64,000 nt of DNA from assembly GCA_964016885.1 (NCBI GenBank), contig OZ024742.1, positions 244,900,001-244,964,000 of the forward strand, written 5' to 3'. This document shows, piece by piece, positions 37,592-50,454 of the stretch. This DNA comes from Eledone cirrhosa (lineage: Eukaryota). Position 1 is the first letter of the stretch. Each line of letters starts with the position of its first letter. The translations under genes were made by a program, and so were the position numbers. A model generated the notes under the pieces. It was not told the origin of the DNA. It made no database searches and worked only from the letters and a program-made list of their open reading frames with translations.

Positions 37592-39790
37592 GGGTAGTGG
37601 ATTGACAGTATCGGTAGAGCGTCGGACAACGATTTACAGCATTTAGTTATGGCCTTTTACGTTTTGAGTTCAAATCCTGTCGAGGTTATCTTTGCTTTTC
37701 ATCCTTACGGGGTCGATAAAATAAAGTATCAGTCATGCATTGGGGTCGATTTAATCTACTTCCCTCTTCCCTTCAAATTGCTGGCCTTATGCCAAAAGTA
37801 GAACAGTTACTGTCTAGTCAAAGGTCAAGCCTAATGAAGTAATTCTATGATCCATAACCACGACTGTGACATTTTTGGGGCTGTTTAGGACTACATTATC
37901 TCATGAGTCCTTTCCATTTTTAAGATTGTAGAGTGTGATCAGCGCCCTAGATCAACCATACAGTGTCCGCCCTTACGCTGTTCCAGGCAAACCCTATAAT
38001 ATGCGCTCCAGATAATATTTGACAAGAAGCTTTAAGATTGAAAAAGAAAGCTTCGCTACAAACACATTTCTATCCATTAGTTAATCCTTACTACTTTTTT
38101 AGTTCAACAAATATATAAATAAGAAAAACAAAACAGTTAAGTGCTATCAAATATACTTATTTTACTGAAATAACTTGAAAGCTGACGAACCGAATTTTTG
38201 ACACTTCTAGCTTTGAACACACTAAGGAATTGCTGAGTCTGTATTTCCCACTCCACAGTCTGCACTCACCCACACCAAATCATATGACAGATCATAACAC
38301 CACGCAACCTTCTTTCTCCTCTACGCATGCTTGTTATTCACCCTCTTTTGTTCCGGGGTGACCTCATATGCCCTAACTTTTCCTTTCATCCTTACGGGGT
38401 CGATAAAATAAAATACCAGTAATGTACTGGGTAATAGCTGGCCTTGTGCCAAAAGTAGAAACAATTATTACTAAGTTTTCGAGATTTTAATTTGACGAAG
38501 ACATTTTGTTCAGAGTTTTTAATTTCATTAAGAAAGTTTAGAAATTGTATGATACTCCAGCTAGTTTGTTTAGTTCATAGCACCGTCATTGGGTGTGACT
38601 TGAGGGAAATTTGGCTATTTTTTCTTGCAGGTCAAGGGACTGCACAGATACTCATGTTAATTTGATAAGTTGTTGTTTAGTATTTGTTCGGAAATTACCA
38701 GTCCATTTCACGAGGAGAAGTTTCCAGGATTTATGTATCCCTTTCACATTTCTTCAAATATCATTATGAACATGGATTGTCAGTATCGGTTCAGCGTTGG
38801 GCAACATGCTTTGTGGTATATAGTTACGTTCTTTTACGTTTTGAGTTCAAATTCCGCCTAGGTTAGCTTTGCGTTTTATCCTTACGGGGTCGATAAAATA
38901 AAGTACAAGTAACGCACTGGGGTCGATTTAATCGACTTTCTCTTCCCCCAAAATTGCCTTTGTGCCTAAATCAAACCATTATGAACATTCGGCATTACAA
39001 GATGCTAAGATTTAGTTTGCCTGCATTGGCGATAGATCTGTTCCTTTTTGGATTAATGATAGGAAGCATATTTAATATTATGACCCCAAAATAAGTTCAA
39101 ATCCCGTCGAGGTTAACTTTGCCTTTCATCCTTACGAAGGTCGATAAAATAAAGTACCAGTAATGCACTGGGGTCAATTTAATCGACATTCCCCTTCCCC
39201 AAAATTGTTGGCCTTGTGCCTAAATCAGAAACCAGTATTATGATCCAAGAAGAGGGTGGTGAATTGGTAGAACTGGTAGAACATCTTATGTCATTGCCGT
39301 ATTTGTTCTCATTCTTTACATTCTGAGTTCGTCTCACCAAGGTCAACTTTTCCCACAAATTTGCATAAATTAACAATCAATAATATATATAACCCAGTGA
39401 TTTCAGGCCTGTCGCAAATCCAAAGAGCAACGATTTTTTTTTTCCATGTTGAGTTTAAACTGAAATAACGTACTCTCGGGTCCCAAGTGATATGGGTTGG
39501 AAAATTGATAATTTTTTAAAGTCTCTGTTGTTTGTTTTTTTAGATCAGAATTAGTCATTTAGTTTACATATTGAGACCCCCAACCCAGCCTATTTATTTT
39601 ATAACTGTTTCTACTTTTGGCACAAGGCCAGAAATTATCCAGTACATTACTGGTACTTTATTTTATCGACCTCGTAAGGATGAAAGGCAAAGTTAACCTC
39701 GGCGGAATTTGAACTCAGACCGTAAAGGGACGTAACTATGCTGGAAAGCATGGCGTCCGACTCTCTACCGATACTGCCAATCCACCGCCC
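37592..39790. mobile_element. Cluster of major tRNA-SINE copies (37592-37810 +, 38375-38470 +, 38775-38982 +, 39094-39240 +, 39255-39350 +, 39600-39790 -)
   Basis: Repeated gagttcaaatcc..cctttcatccttacggggtcgataaaataaagtacc motif. Confidence 0.8.
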
Positions 39791-40307
39791 TTTATTTTAT
39801 AACGTATGGGATTTCTAGTCATGTATGTTTTCTTTTAATATATAAAGATAGTTAAAATTAAATTTCGCCGGAGATAGATTAGCAAAATTTAATAAGTGGG
39901 GGGGAAGGGGACGATTATTCGAGACCCAAGAGTACATATACAGAGTGACAATCTGTAAAGAGATATATAAAGGTATAAGTAAGAAAGAGAGAATTTAATA
40001 GTAATAAAAATACCTGGTGTGTGAGATTAACAGTTCCACTGAAGTGTTAGTTAATGTCTTATGTTACACATTGAATAACTAGCCTTTAAGGTATTTTTGA
40101 GCGCGCCTAAATTGTTTATTACAAACATGGATAATAGTTTACACACTATTACTCACTCAGACTCCGAACCTGAAATAAAATCCTTTTGATCGGCTGCCTA
40201 CTGTTCATTTACTGTTGTCAAACAGTGTAGCAGAACATCTTGACAAAACAACCTCTTTGTACAGAATTTTGCCGCCCCAAAAGAACATAGAAAAAAAGAA
40301 TAATTTC

Positions 40308-40347
<40 letters not shown>

Positions 40348-41049
40348 GAAAATATAATCAATTGATATAGCTAATAAAGAATAAAAGGCAAAAAGTGACT
40401 CCGGACAGATTTGAACCCAGAAAAATTGAGGCAGCGAATTAAATTCTCTATAGCATCTAACCTATCGCTATATATAGAGCCTGATCTCTACCATCTTCTT
40501 TCCAAATATAACAGAATTTCTTTTTTATAAACTAGACATAAGGATACCCTAATTATTGAAATTACTAACTCCAGGCTCAAAATCTTAAAACTTAAGCATG
40601 AATTCGAGCTCTCAAGTCTGCAATACTTCCACTGCCCCCTATGTGAATGCAATACTGACACAGCATGTAGGATAATTCAATTTACAATTCCAGTTTCCAT
40701 TCAAATTCTTCCTAGGGAGTGTCTATCACAATTGACTCTAAGCGTTTACAACTTCCTTTTCTTTGATCGTTAGCCGCCGCGACTGTAATCAACTCTACTG
40801 TAGTTAGCTTCTTATGTAAGCCGCGTTTCCTACCCATTACGATGAAAAAGTACCAGCTGTGAAGTCACCAAACAAATTTCTGCAATAATCTCAGCATGTC
40901 GATCACCTTTACAGATAAGAAAATGTTTAATATAAAGTCGAAAGAAGCTTGTACTAACAGTGTTTACACATTAAAAGGTTTTCATGTGTGATTGTATTAG
41001 TTTGAAAGTGAAAAAGTTTGTAAAACGTGAAAAAGACTACCCAATCATC

Positions 41050-41290
41050 ACTACCCGAATGATACAAGCCTGGACAGTGTGGGAGAACACTCTCTAGCGT
41101 GTAGAACCACAAGCGCAAGCCGCCACTTAACCCCAGAGAACAGAATGGAGAGCGCTTCCCTTGAAGATAGCGTATAAGACGCGTTGAAATAGTTATTCCA
41201 TCTTTGGGACTCATTACTGCAGGTGGCCAATTCTACCCCCGATAGCACTGACTAGCGAGGTGGTACGAGGACTAAAAGCGTCTGAAGTCT
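41050..41290 (-). mobile_element. CRE-type (RLE) non-LTR 3' fragment
   Basis: Minus strand FQRVLYAIFKGSA resembles the CRE terminal QRxSxAxxRGNA motif. The tail is shared with 41690-41805. Confidence 0.55.
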
Positions 41291-42599
41291 CCACCGCTGC
41301 AAGTTCAATAAATCATATATAGGATTTTACCGGTAGAAAATTCCTCTTTAGATGACCGGAAAATATGATTAAAAATATGACATTAATCTGCTTTAAGCAT
41401 AAGAACAGAATTATTTGAAGTATTGGTAATTGCTTTGTGAACAGGGTTTTTTTCTTTCCCTAAAAGGAGAGTGTAACGTTTATGAAGTTACCCGTATTTG
41501 TTCTTTCATTAAAGTGATGAGGAAATTGTTGAAGAAAATTAAACAGAAATATGGTAGGGTTTTATAATTGTAGTATACCGAGTTTAACAATGTTGTTAGG
41601 CAGATTATATGTGTAATAAGTAGACAAAAGCTCCCTTAGCAATGTTTAAAATCTAAAAATAAAAAATAAAAAATCTAAAGGAAAGGACCCCAATGCCACG
41701 GGCTCTGTTGATGTGGGAGAACGTTCTCAGACATGCAGAACTCCAGACGCAAGTCACCTCGTTGTCCTAACGGACAAATAGAATGGAGAAAACATTGTTC
41801 CGGCGGTATATATATTGTAAAGAAAGTCGAGTAAAATAGCTATGAAGACGGAAATAAGTGGACAGAGGCGCCTGCTTCTCGGATGTCGGGCAAGTGCGTT
41901 AACCACTACACCAAAGAGCGGCTGGTCACAAATTCCGTCGTTTAAAAGATGTAGCTAGAAATGTAAACGAAGCTTTTGATTTGCACTCGTCTGGCACCCG
42001 AGAGATGTGGGGTTTTATTTTCCTCATTTTATGTCAAGCTAAGGTGATGGAGATCGAACCGCTGGGGAATAACGGAATTGGTGGCCAGCGGCACTTTAGC
42101 GTAGCGGATAATGTACTCGTCCGGCACCCGAGAGATGCGCGGTTCGATTTTTCTGTTCACTTTGTTTTCCGTCTCCAAGATTATTTTACTGGATTTTCTC
42201 AACTATTGTTTATAGTGATTGACTATTATTGTGATCATTTGCGTTGAGTCGCACACCGCAACCCAACCACATTCTCCTGACGAAAATCAAATTTTTCAAG
42301 TTTTCAATCTTTCCAGCATTAACATGCTGCACATTTTACATGCTAAGTCCGTTGTCTATTTCTAGTCGTAACTTTATACGTATTTATCTGTCTTATTTTT
42401 TTTTTATTGAAAGCCAACCGTAAATTTACCTGTACATTTTTTGTTTTCTCATCGTCTTGCATGCATTTTACTAACAGAGAAAATCTCCATCAGTTGCGTA
42501 AACTAACATCACCTCCTTAATGCACGAAATTGCATGCCAAGAAGGTGGCCGACGAAGTAAAGAAGGAGCTCTGTTCGTCTTATGCAACTGTGTGCATTT

Positions 42600-43950
42600 T
42601 CTGTAGATATATATATACTTGAAAGTTTGATATACTTCAATGAAAGACTTTCCAGAGTTATCCGAGTGCTACTCTATACTGATGATGCAGACTCTGTTGT
42701 TCACACCCAGGAGTTCATGCAGGTAGCTATGAACCTGTTTTATGGGGTGTGCACTGCCTTCACGCTTGCCATCAACACAAAAAGACCAAGGTCATGTACA
42801 CACCTGGGAAATATTACACTGAGCCCAACTTCTTTATTCAGGGTCAGAGGTTGAAGGTTGTTGATACATTTGTCTACCTTGTTAGTGCTCTTTCCAGAGA
42901 TGGTTTATTGGACTCTGAAATTAAACTAAGGATCGAAAAAGCCAGCAAAGCATTTGGTAGGTTAGAGGGACGAGTCTGGTCGGACGGAGGCACTAGGATA
43001 AGTGTCTACCAATCCCGTGTCCTGACTACTGACAGGGTCTACATACTAGCATCATTTCAAGACATTACAAAGATTCCACCAAAAATGCTTAAGGTGTATT
43101 TCCTGCAGTGGGCCAATACATCCAGCTTAGAAAAACTGCTCATTCGAAACCAACTGCGTTGGGTAGGGCATTAAGGTGGGTGGGAGATGAGAGGTTGTCT
43201 AAGCAAATTTGGTATGGAGAGTTAACCCTTGGTAAACACTTCAGACACAAACCCAAGAAACGTTTAACAACATCCCTGTTGTTAAAGGCAACCTGATGAC
43301 TCTGTTGAGGATTGGAAATACGGGACAGATAGTTGTAATCGTTAAGATCATTCAGGAAGGATGATGTAGACTCAGTCTCGGAGGATATTCAATTGGAGCA
43401 TGTCTGTAACATCTACAGAAAGGTTCTTTCACGTGCTGGGCTTGCTAGTCATTTAAGAGCTCACAGTAATCAGCAGTCGGGTTCGGTTATGTTGATATCC
43501 TTTCTGAATGGCCCGCGGGGTATTCGTGTCAGCTTTGCAACAAGGTTTGTAGTTCTGCTGCTGGACTCAAGCGGTACACGAAAGTACATAAGGAGTAAAT
43601 TTAAAACTATCCAAAGGCCTTATGTTCAGAATTAATAGGTAGAAGGGGAAAATGTCGACCATACGTAAATATGGAATGATACGTGATGGGGCCCCCCACA
43701 GCCCCGGCGGTCAGAATGGAGAAGGCGTTTCCCCGGAGGACGGCAAGGGAGACGCGCTGGAAAAGCCACTCCAACTCGCGGGGCTCACACCTGCGGCTGG
43801 CCAGCTCAGCGCCCATGGTGGTGAGTAGGGAGGTAGCCCTTATGTGTGTTACGACTGTAAAAAGGTTTGCAGGAGCGAGGCAGGTTGGCAGAGTTATGGC
43901 CGTTCAGCACAACGTTGGAGAGATGGCTCTCTTCTGTATCAGTGGTCTCC
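42600..43950 (+). mobile_element. RTE (BovB-like) LINE 3' half with three C2H2-like fingers
   Basis: LLYTDDA, KKTKVM, FVYLVS, RIEKASKAFGRL, QLRWVGH; fingers HVCNIYRKVLSRAGLASHLRAH, CQLCNKVCSSAAGLKRYTKVH and CYDCKKVCRSEAG. Confidence 0.9.
43626..43837 (-). mobile_element. CRE-type LINE 3' fragment nested in RTE
   Basis: Encodes EWLFQRVSLAVLRGNAFSIL; flanked by the 8-bp direct repeat ccttatgt (43618-25, 43838-45). Confidence 0.8.
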
Positions 43951-43971
43951 TCGGTCTCAGCACCACAGACT

Positions 43972-44209
43972 CTTTCTCTCTCTCGCTCTCTCTCGCTCTC
44001 TCTCTCGCTCTCTCGCTCTCTCTCTCGCTCTCTCGCTCTCGCTCTCTCTCTCGCTCTCTCTCGCTCTCGCTCTCTCTCTCGCTCTCTCTCGCTCTCTCTC
44101 GCTCTCTCTCTCGCTCTCTCTCTCGCTCTCTCTCTCGCTCTCTCTCGCTCTCTCTCTCGCTCTCTCTCTCGCTCTCTTTCTCTATCGCTCTCTCTCTCTT
44201 TCTCTCTCG

Positions 44210-44240
<31 letters not shown>

Positions 44241-44260
44241 GCTTGCTCTCTCGCTTGCTT

Positions 44261-44306
<46 letters not shown>
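43972..44306. repeat. (CT)n / (CTCG) microsatellite
   Basis: Direct inspection. Confidence 0.95.
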
Positions 44307-44308
<2 letters not shown>

Positions 44309-44309
44309 A

Positions 44310-44501
44310 AACAAAACACGCACCTGTTGGCTTTCACTTCAATTTATTATAAAATTCCAGTTGGTTGGTTTAATAACCAGATGGTTGTTTATTTATTACC
44401 AAAGCTCTTTCGCCACACATTCTGTGACCTCCTCAATGACTAATTTATTTTGTGTCTCTCCTTTGTTCTGTTTTGTGTATTTGGGTTGCGCATGCGCTAT
44501 A

Positions 44502-44558
<57 letters not shown>

Positions 44559-44995
44559 ATTTACTTGTCACTAGTTGGCTGCTTGTTCTATATGTGTGTG
44601 TTTGGTTTGTTTTGTTAGTTTGGTTCTTGTGTCTCTGTATGTCTTTATCTTGTCCTTAATTACTAGTTATGATGCTGCTATTCCATTCATGTTTTGTGTT
44701 TAATTTTGGTTGGAGTTCGTTTATGATTGTCGCTTCTGTAATCTGTCGGAGCATTGCCTCTTTTCTGTGTATGAATATAATTTTTATTTCTAAGATCTTT
44801 AGTGTGCCTCCATGTTCTATTTTGGCATGCTGATGAGTTCTTTCCATCTTGGAGTTCTCGCCAGTGTCCATTTCTTCTTTCTCCTGTGCTACAGGTTGTC
44901 TCGCCTATGTAAGTTGTTTTTCTTATTCCTACATTGTCCCTCGGTACATCTTATGCTACGTTCCTAGTTTTGCAGTTAATTTGTGGGATTAATTT
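44310..44995 (-). mobile_element. Penelope-like element 3' remnant (GIY-YIG end + pseudo-LTR with hammerhead-like motif)
   Basis: Minus strand ..IRC.EGQC..YIGET-like remnant and RQITEATIINELQPKLNTKHEW. UUGAGGA-stem-GAAA motif at 44395-44444. Confidence 0.7.
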
Positions 44996-45032
44996 GCAGA
45001 CTATACAAATACAAAAATGAAGTATATGTATG

Positions 45033-45063
<31 letters not shown>

Positions 45064-45162
45064 ATCAATGAAGTAATTCCGTCGGGAAGGTCCAGGAAAA
45101 AAGAGTGCTCTATGTAGGTTACAGAGCTTATTAGTTATGTAATAAACAACATAAGATAATTA

Positions 45163-45223
45163 TTTCATTTACCAGTGGTTTCTTGAAAGCAAACAAAATT
45201 TGCTTTCAGTCATCAGAATGAAA
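45163..45223 (-). ncRNA. Type I hammerhead ribozyme (left pLTR)
   Basis: uuucauu-CUGAUGA-c-ugaaagcaaa(uuuug)uuugcuuuca-a-GAAA-cc(acu)gg-UA-aaugaaa. All core nucleotides present; stems I and II pair perfectly; C.A at the stem II base. Confidence 0.8.
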
Positions 45224-45370
45224 AAATCCTGGTGTATTGACAGTGGATTTTAAAAACGAAAATATAATCTATATGAAAGTGAGGCTGGAAAAGGAAGAAC
45301 GAAAGGAAAAAGAATAAATATAAAAGTAGATAAACACACACACACGCGCGCACACGCGCGCACACGCGCG

Positions 45371-45430
<60 letters not shown>

Positions 45431-45523
45431 CAGATCCATACATACACACATATATACACACACACACATATATATATATATAAATATACAGATCCATACA
45501 TACACATACACATAAATACACAA

Positions 45524-45570
<47 letters not shown>

Positions 45571-45871
45571 ATCATACATATATACACACATAAATACACG
45601 CATACATACGCACACACATATATAGATATATGTACACACACCTACATACGCACACACACAATTAATTATAATAAAAAATAAAAAACAATGAAAATAATGC
45701 AATAGGCCGTCACATAAAAATAAAAAAAATATACGACTTAAGAAAATAAAAATTATTATAAAGTTGACAGCGATACAGGAAAGACACAAATAAATTAACA
45801 AACACACGTGGTAAGCAATACACACATTTACACATACATACATATAAATATACACACATACACACACACAT

Positions 45872-46105
45872 ATCATCATCATCATCATCATCATCAGGTT
45901 TAGCGTCCGTGTTCCACGCTTGCATGGGTTTGGACGGGGGTTTTCCCACTTGAGGCAAGAGTGGTTGTCTTGCTCGCATAGGACTGTCTGGCGGGTTTTC
46001 TACAGCTGGATGCCCTTCCTAACACCAACCACATTTACAGTGTGGGGCTGGGAGGTTTTTACCGTGTTGCCTACACGGCCACATTACAGCGTGGACTGTC
46101 TGGCG
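45872..46105 (-). mobile_element. RTE-related short element inserted in the left pLTR
   Basis: Reverse complement of the 110-364 family. Confidence 0.85.
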
Positions 46106-46321
46106 GGTATATATATAAATAAATATATAAAGATTATATATATATATAAAAATAAAAAGGTGGAAGGAGTAAACAAATAGTTGGGAATACGACAAATAAT
46201 AAATAAATAGATAAAGGTATAAATGTTTATAGCTGATTTAGAGCACTCAACAAGTTCTTGGAGCAAATAATCAATGAAAATAAACATTAAATCACTCTGT
46301 ATGTAATTATGCACACACACA

Positions 46322-46378
<57 letters not shown>

Positions 46379-46477
46379 CCATACAAATATATATATATAG
46401 GAAAAAGTATGACCCCGACAGCAGAGCTCAAGCCGTTTCGACGGCTATTATATATATATAAATATATATATAAAAAT

Positions 46478-46518
<41 letters not shown>

Positions 46519-46660
46519 CAAAAAGTTACGTCACCACCTTAATAAAAATACACACACACTTATATAAACACACACATATATATATATATATATATACACG
46601 CATACATATACATACAGATATATATAATTATATACACATATATATCTATATATATATATA

Positions 46661-47352
46661 GTAGAATAATCGAGTATCGAAAAATCGGCGCACGAGTTCA
46701 CGATAAACAAAATTCGACATGAGTGGCAGAGGGCTCAATAATTCAGAGAAATCAGAGCTATAACTATCGTTAAAATACCAACACACATAGATTATGTCTA
46801 AAATCAACCATACGACCGAAAAATTACGATCAGGAAGATTCGGGTCACTCAGATAAAATATCAATAAATCAATAAATCATCTGAATGTAAAAAGCTTACC
46901 CGGACCCACTAGAAAGATGGTAAATCTAGCTTCTTGGGTTTCTGTAAATCCTTAAACCGCCCACTATCAGCCCACATAAAACTATATAAGACTTCTAGAG
47001 AGCGGCGGACAGGAAATACTTTATCAATGAGCTTTGTCCAGACGAATAAAAAAGCCAACCCTAGCTGAAAACGCACATGGAATCCAGCAAGGGAGATAAC
47101 CTCTATATCCGCGAAAAATATTCGGGAATGTGGAAAATCACATATCGAATAAGAGTGCTCAATAGACATGTTAAAATAAACAGGAGCTATTCATCATTTA
47201 ATAGAATCGACAAAAAATGAACAATAAAATTAACTGGTCAATAACTAAGTCTAGAGCTAAATATAGTAGAATAATCGAGTATCGAAAAATCGGCGCACGA
47301 GTTCACGATAAACAAAATTCGACATGAGTGGCAGAGGGCTCAATAATTCAGA
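46661..47352. mobile_element. Unclassified 692-bp insertion with 87-bp direct terminal repeats
   Basis: 46661-46747 equals 47266-47352; absent from the right pLTR arm; inserted at a (TA)n tract. Confidence 0.7.
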
Positions 47353-47581
47353 CAACACATACATACACACAGAAATAAATATCTATAAATAAAAAAGGTG
47401 GGTATGTAAAGGGTAAGGTAGAAAGTAGGGGGGAATAAGGAAAATAAATAACATAGGAAAAAGTTTAAATATAAGGGGAGATAAGGGATAAAAAGAATAT
47501 AAGGGTACAGAAAGGGAGTTCAGAGAGTAATAAAAATCGTAGTGGATGTAAGGCGTAAAGAGCAGAGAAGAAGTTCAAAGT

Positions 47582-49138
47582 GGCCTTGCAAGTAAAAAAA
47601 TCTTAAGAAAAATAATTCTCCAAATTAGAACTAAGACTGACTTATCACAATGGTTAAATACATCCTCTGTTATTTCTTGGTTTAATAATATACAAGGTAA
47701 AAATAAGTGTAGATTTACCCAATTTGATATTGTTGATTTTTACCCCTCTATTACTGTTTCCTTATTAACTAAAGCCTTAGATTTTGCAAGACCCTTCATT
47801 AATATTTCTAAATTAGAAGAAGACATTATCTTTCATGCTAGGCAAACTCTACTCTTTACTAATGAAAGTATTTGGGTTAAAAAGTCAAGCCCTGAAAACT
47901 CTTTTGATGTTGCAATGGGTTCATATGACAGTGCGGATGTGTGTGACTTAGTAGGATTATTCCTTCTCCACACCCTTAAAGAGAAATTTCCTTCCCATAA
48001 TACCGGTTTATACCGTGACGACGGATTGGCAGTTTCTCATACCACCAACGGCCATAACCTTTATAAATTCCGTAAAGATTTAATCAATACTTTTGCTAAC
48101 CTAAACCTTAAAATTACTATAGATACGAACCTTACCAATGCTAACTCTTTCTTGACATTAATCTTGATCTACTTACTGCCTCTTTTAAACCTTATCATAA
48201 ACCTAACGAAAATCTAAGATATAAAGAGTCAAAGAAAATCTAAGATATAAAGACACGAAGAGTCTTGCCATCCCCCTATAGTTTTTAAAAATCTTATTCC
48301 CAATATTAGCCGTAGGATTTCTACCTTATCTTCGTCTCTAGACATTTTAAACAAAGCCGTCCCTTATTATAACAAATCCCTTAATAACAGCGGCTTTACA
48401 GAACACATTAAATATTTACTTACTCCTCCCCCTAAAACTAATCACAATAATAGGAAAAGGAAAATTATTTAGTTTACACCCCCCTTCTCTCTAACTGTCA
48501 AAACTAATGTAGGAAGGAAATTCCTTGACCTCTTAGACAAACATTTTCCCCCTAATCATAGATATTATAAGATATTTAATAGAAATGTAGTTAAAATCAG
48601 TTACTCTTGCTGCCCATCAATGAAGTCTAAAATCACCAATTCTAATCGTACGAGAATAAATCCAGGATGCAGTTGCAGGAAGCCGGGTGAATGCCCATTA
48701 CAGGGCAAATGTAATACCAAATCCGTTGTATATGAGGCCAAAGTGACACCTTTGATTAACAACCAGCCAGCCAGGAGTGAACGATATGTTGGCATGACTC
48801 AGGACAGGTTCAAAACCAGGTTTTATGCACATGTTGCTTCTTTTAAATACTCTGATAAAAGAACAGCAACGGCTCTCGCAAATAAGGTGTGGGAATTCAA
48901 AGATAAAAACATCCCGTACTCTATCGATTGGTCTATTTTAGACCATTCGAGGGAATACCAAAGGGGCACAAAAAATTGTTCTTTGTGTACCACTGAAAAA
49001 TTTAGAATTCTACAAAACTTGAAAGCCACTTCAACTTGCCTGAACTCCAAGATCGAGATCTTCAGATGTTGTACTCACCTGAAATCACATCTGCTCTGTA
49101 ACTGGATTGACATTCCTACGATGACTCAACCACCTTGA
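47582..49138 (+). pseudogene. 5'-truncated Penelope-like RT and GIY-YIG endonuclease ORF
   Basis: Open frame from 47582: QWLNT, FDIVDFYPSI, FDVAMGSYDSADVCDLVG, LYRDDGL. Frameshift near 48145, 20-bp duplication near 48210-48253, W-to-stop near 48470. The endonuclease (48620-49138) has CSC..CPLQGKC, VVYEA, YVGMT and CSLCTTEK. Confidence 0.92.
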
Positions 49139-49634
49139 ACTTCTTCTCTGCTCTTTACGCCTTACATCCATTACGATTTTTATTACTCTCTGAACTCATT
49201 TTCTGTACCCTTATATTCTTTTTCTCCCTTATCTCCCCTTATATTTAAACTTTTTCCTATGTTATTTATTTTCCTTATTCCCCCCCTACTTTCTATCTTA
49301 CCCTTTACATACCCACCTTTTTTATTTATAGATATTTATTTCTGTGTGTATGTATGTGTTGTGTATATGTGTATATATATATATGTATATAATTATATAT
49401 ATCTATGTATATGTATGTGTATATATATATATATGTGTGTGTGTGTATGTTTATATAGGTGTGTGTGTATTTTTATTAAGGTGGTTACGTAACTTTTTGT
49501 ATATGTGTGTGTGTGTATGTGTATTTATTTATTTATATATATATATATAATAGCCGTCGAAACGGCTTGAGCTCTGCTGTCGGGGTCATACTTTTTCCTA
49601 TATATATATATATGTATTTGTATGGTTGTGTGTA

Positions 49635-49666
<32 letters not shown>

Positions 49667-49771
49667 CGTGTATGTATATGCATAATTACATACAGAGTGA
49701 TTTAATGTTTATTTTCATTGTTTATTTTCATTGATCATTTTCATTTTCAAAGAATAAATATAAAAGTAGAT

Positions 49772-50000
<229 letters not shown>

Positions 50001-50123
50001 CATGTGTGTTTATCTACTTTTATATTTATTCTTTTTCCTTTCGTTCTTCCTTTTCCAGCCTCACTTTCATATAGATTATATTTTTGTTTTTAAAATCCAC
50101 TGTCAATAAATACACCAGGATTT

Positions 50124-50184
50124 TTTCATTCTGATGACTGGAAGCAAATTTTGTTTGTTTTCAAGAAACCATTGGTAAATGAAA
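50124..50184 (+). ncRNA. Type I hammerhead ribozyme (right pLTR)
   Basis: uuucauu-CUGAUGA(50131-37)-stem II-GAAA(50165-68)-cc(auu)gg-UA-aaugaaa; predicted cleavage after 50177. Confidence 0.8.
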
Positions 50185-50209
50185 TAATTATCTTATGTTG
50201 TTTATTACA

Positions 50210-50263
<54 letters not shown>

Positions 50264-50454
50264 AAGAGTGAAGAATAAGATGGTCGGCTGTACAAGAAGG
50301 GTTTTATTTACAGTATTAACAATTATTTCATTGATCAAGTGAGTCTAAAGGCCGCTGATCACTCGAAATTGCGTCACCCGACCTTAATATATATATATAT
50401 AGCACACATTTTTATTAGAACACGATCAAAATTTAAGTGATTATATTCACAAGA

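Noticed and set aside
48620-49138. Stand-alone GIY-YIG nuclease gene
   Set aside because: It is the C-terminal domain of the disrupted Penelope-like ORF.
50280-50390. Additional hammerhead just right of the PLE
   Set aside because: Only partial core words on either strand; no consistent three-stem fold found.
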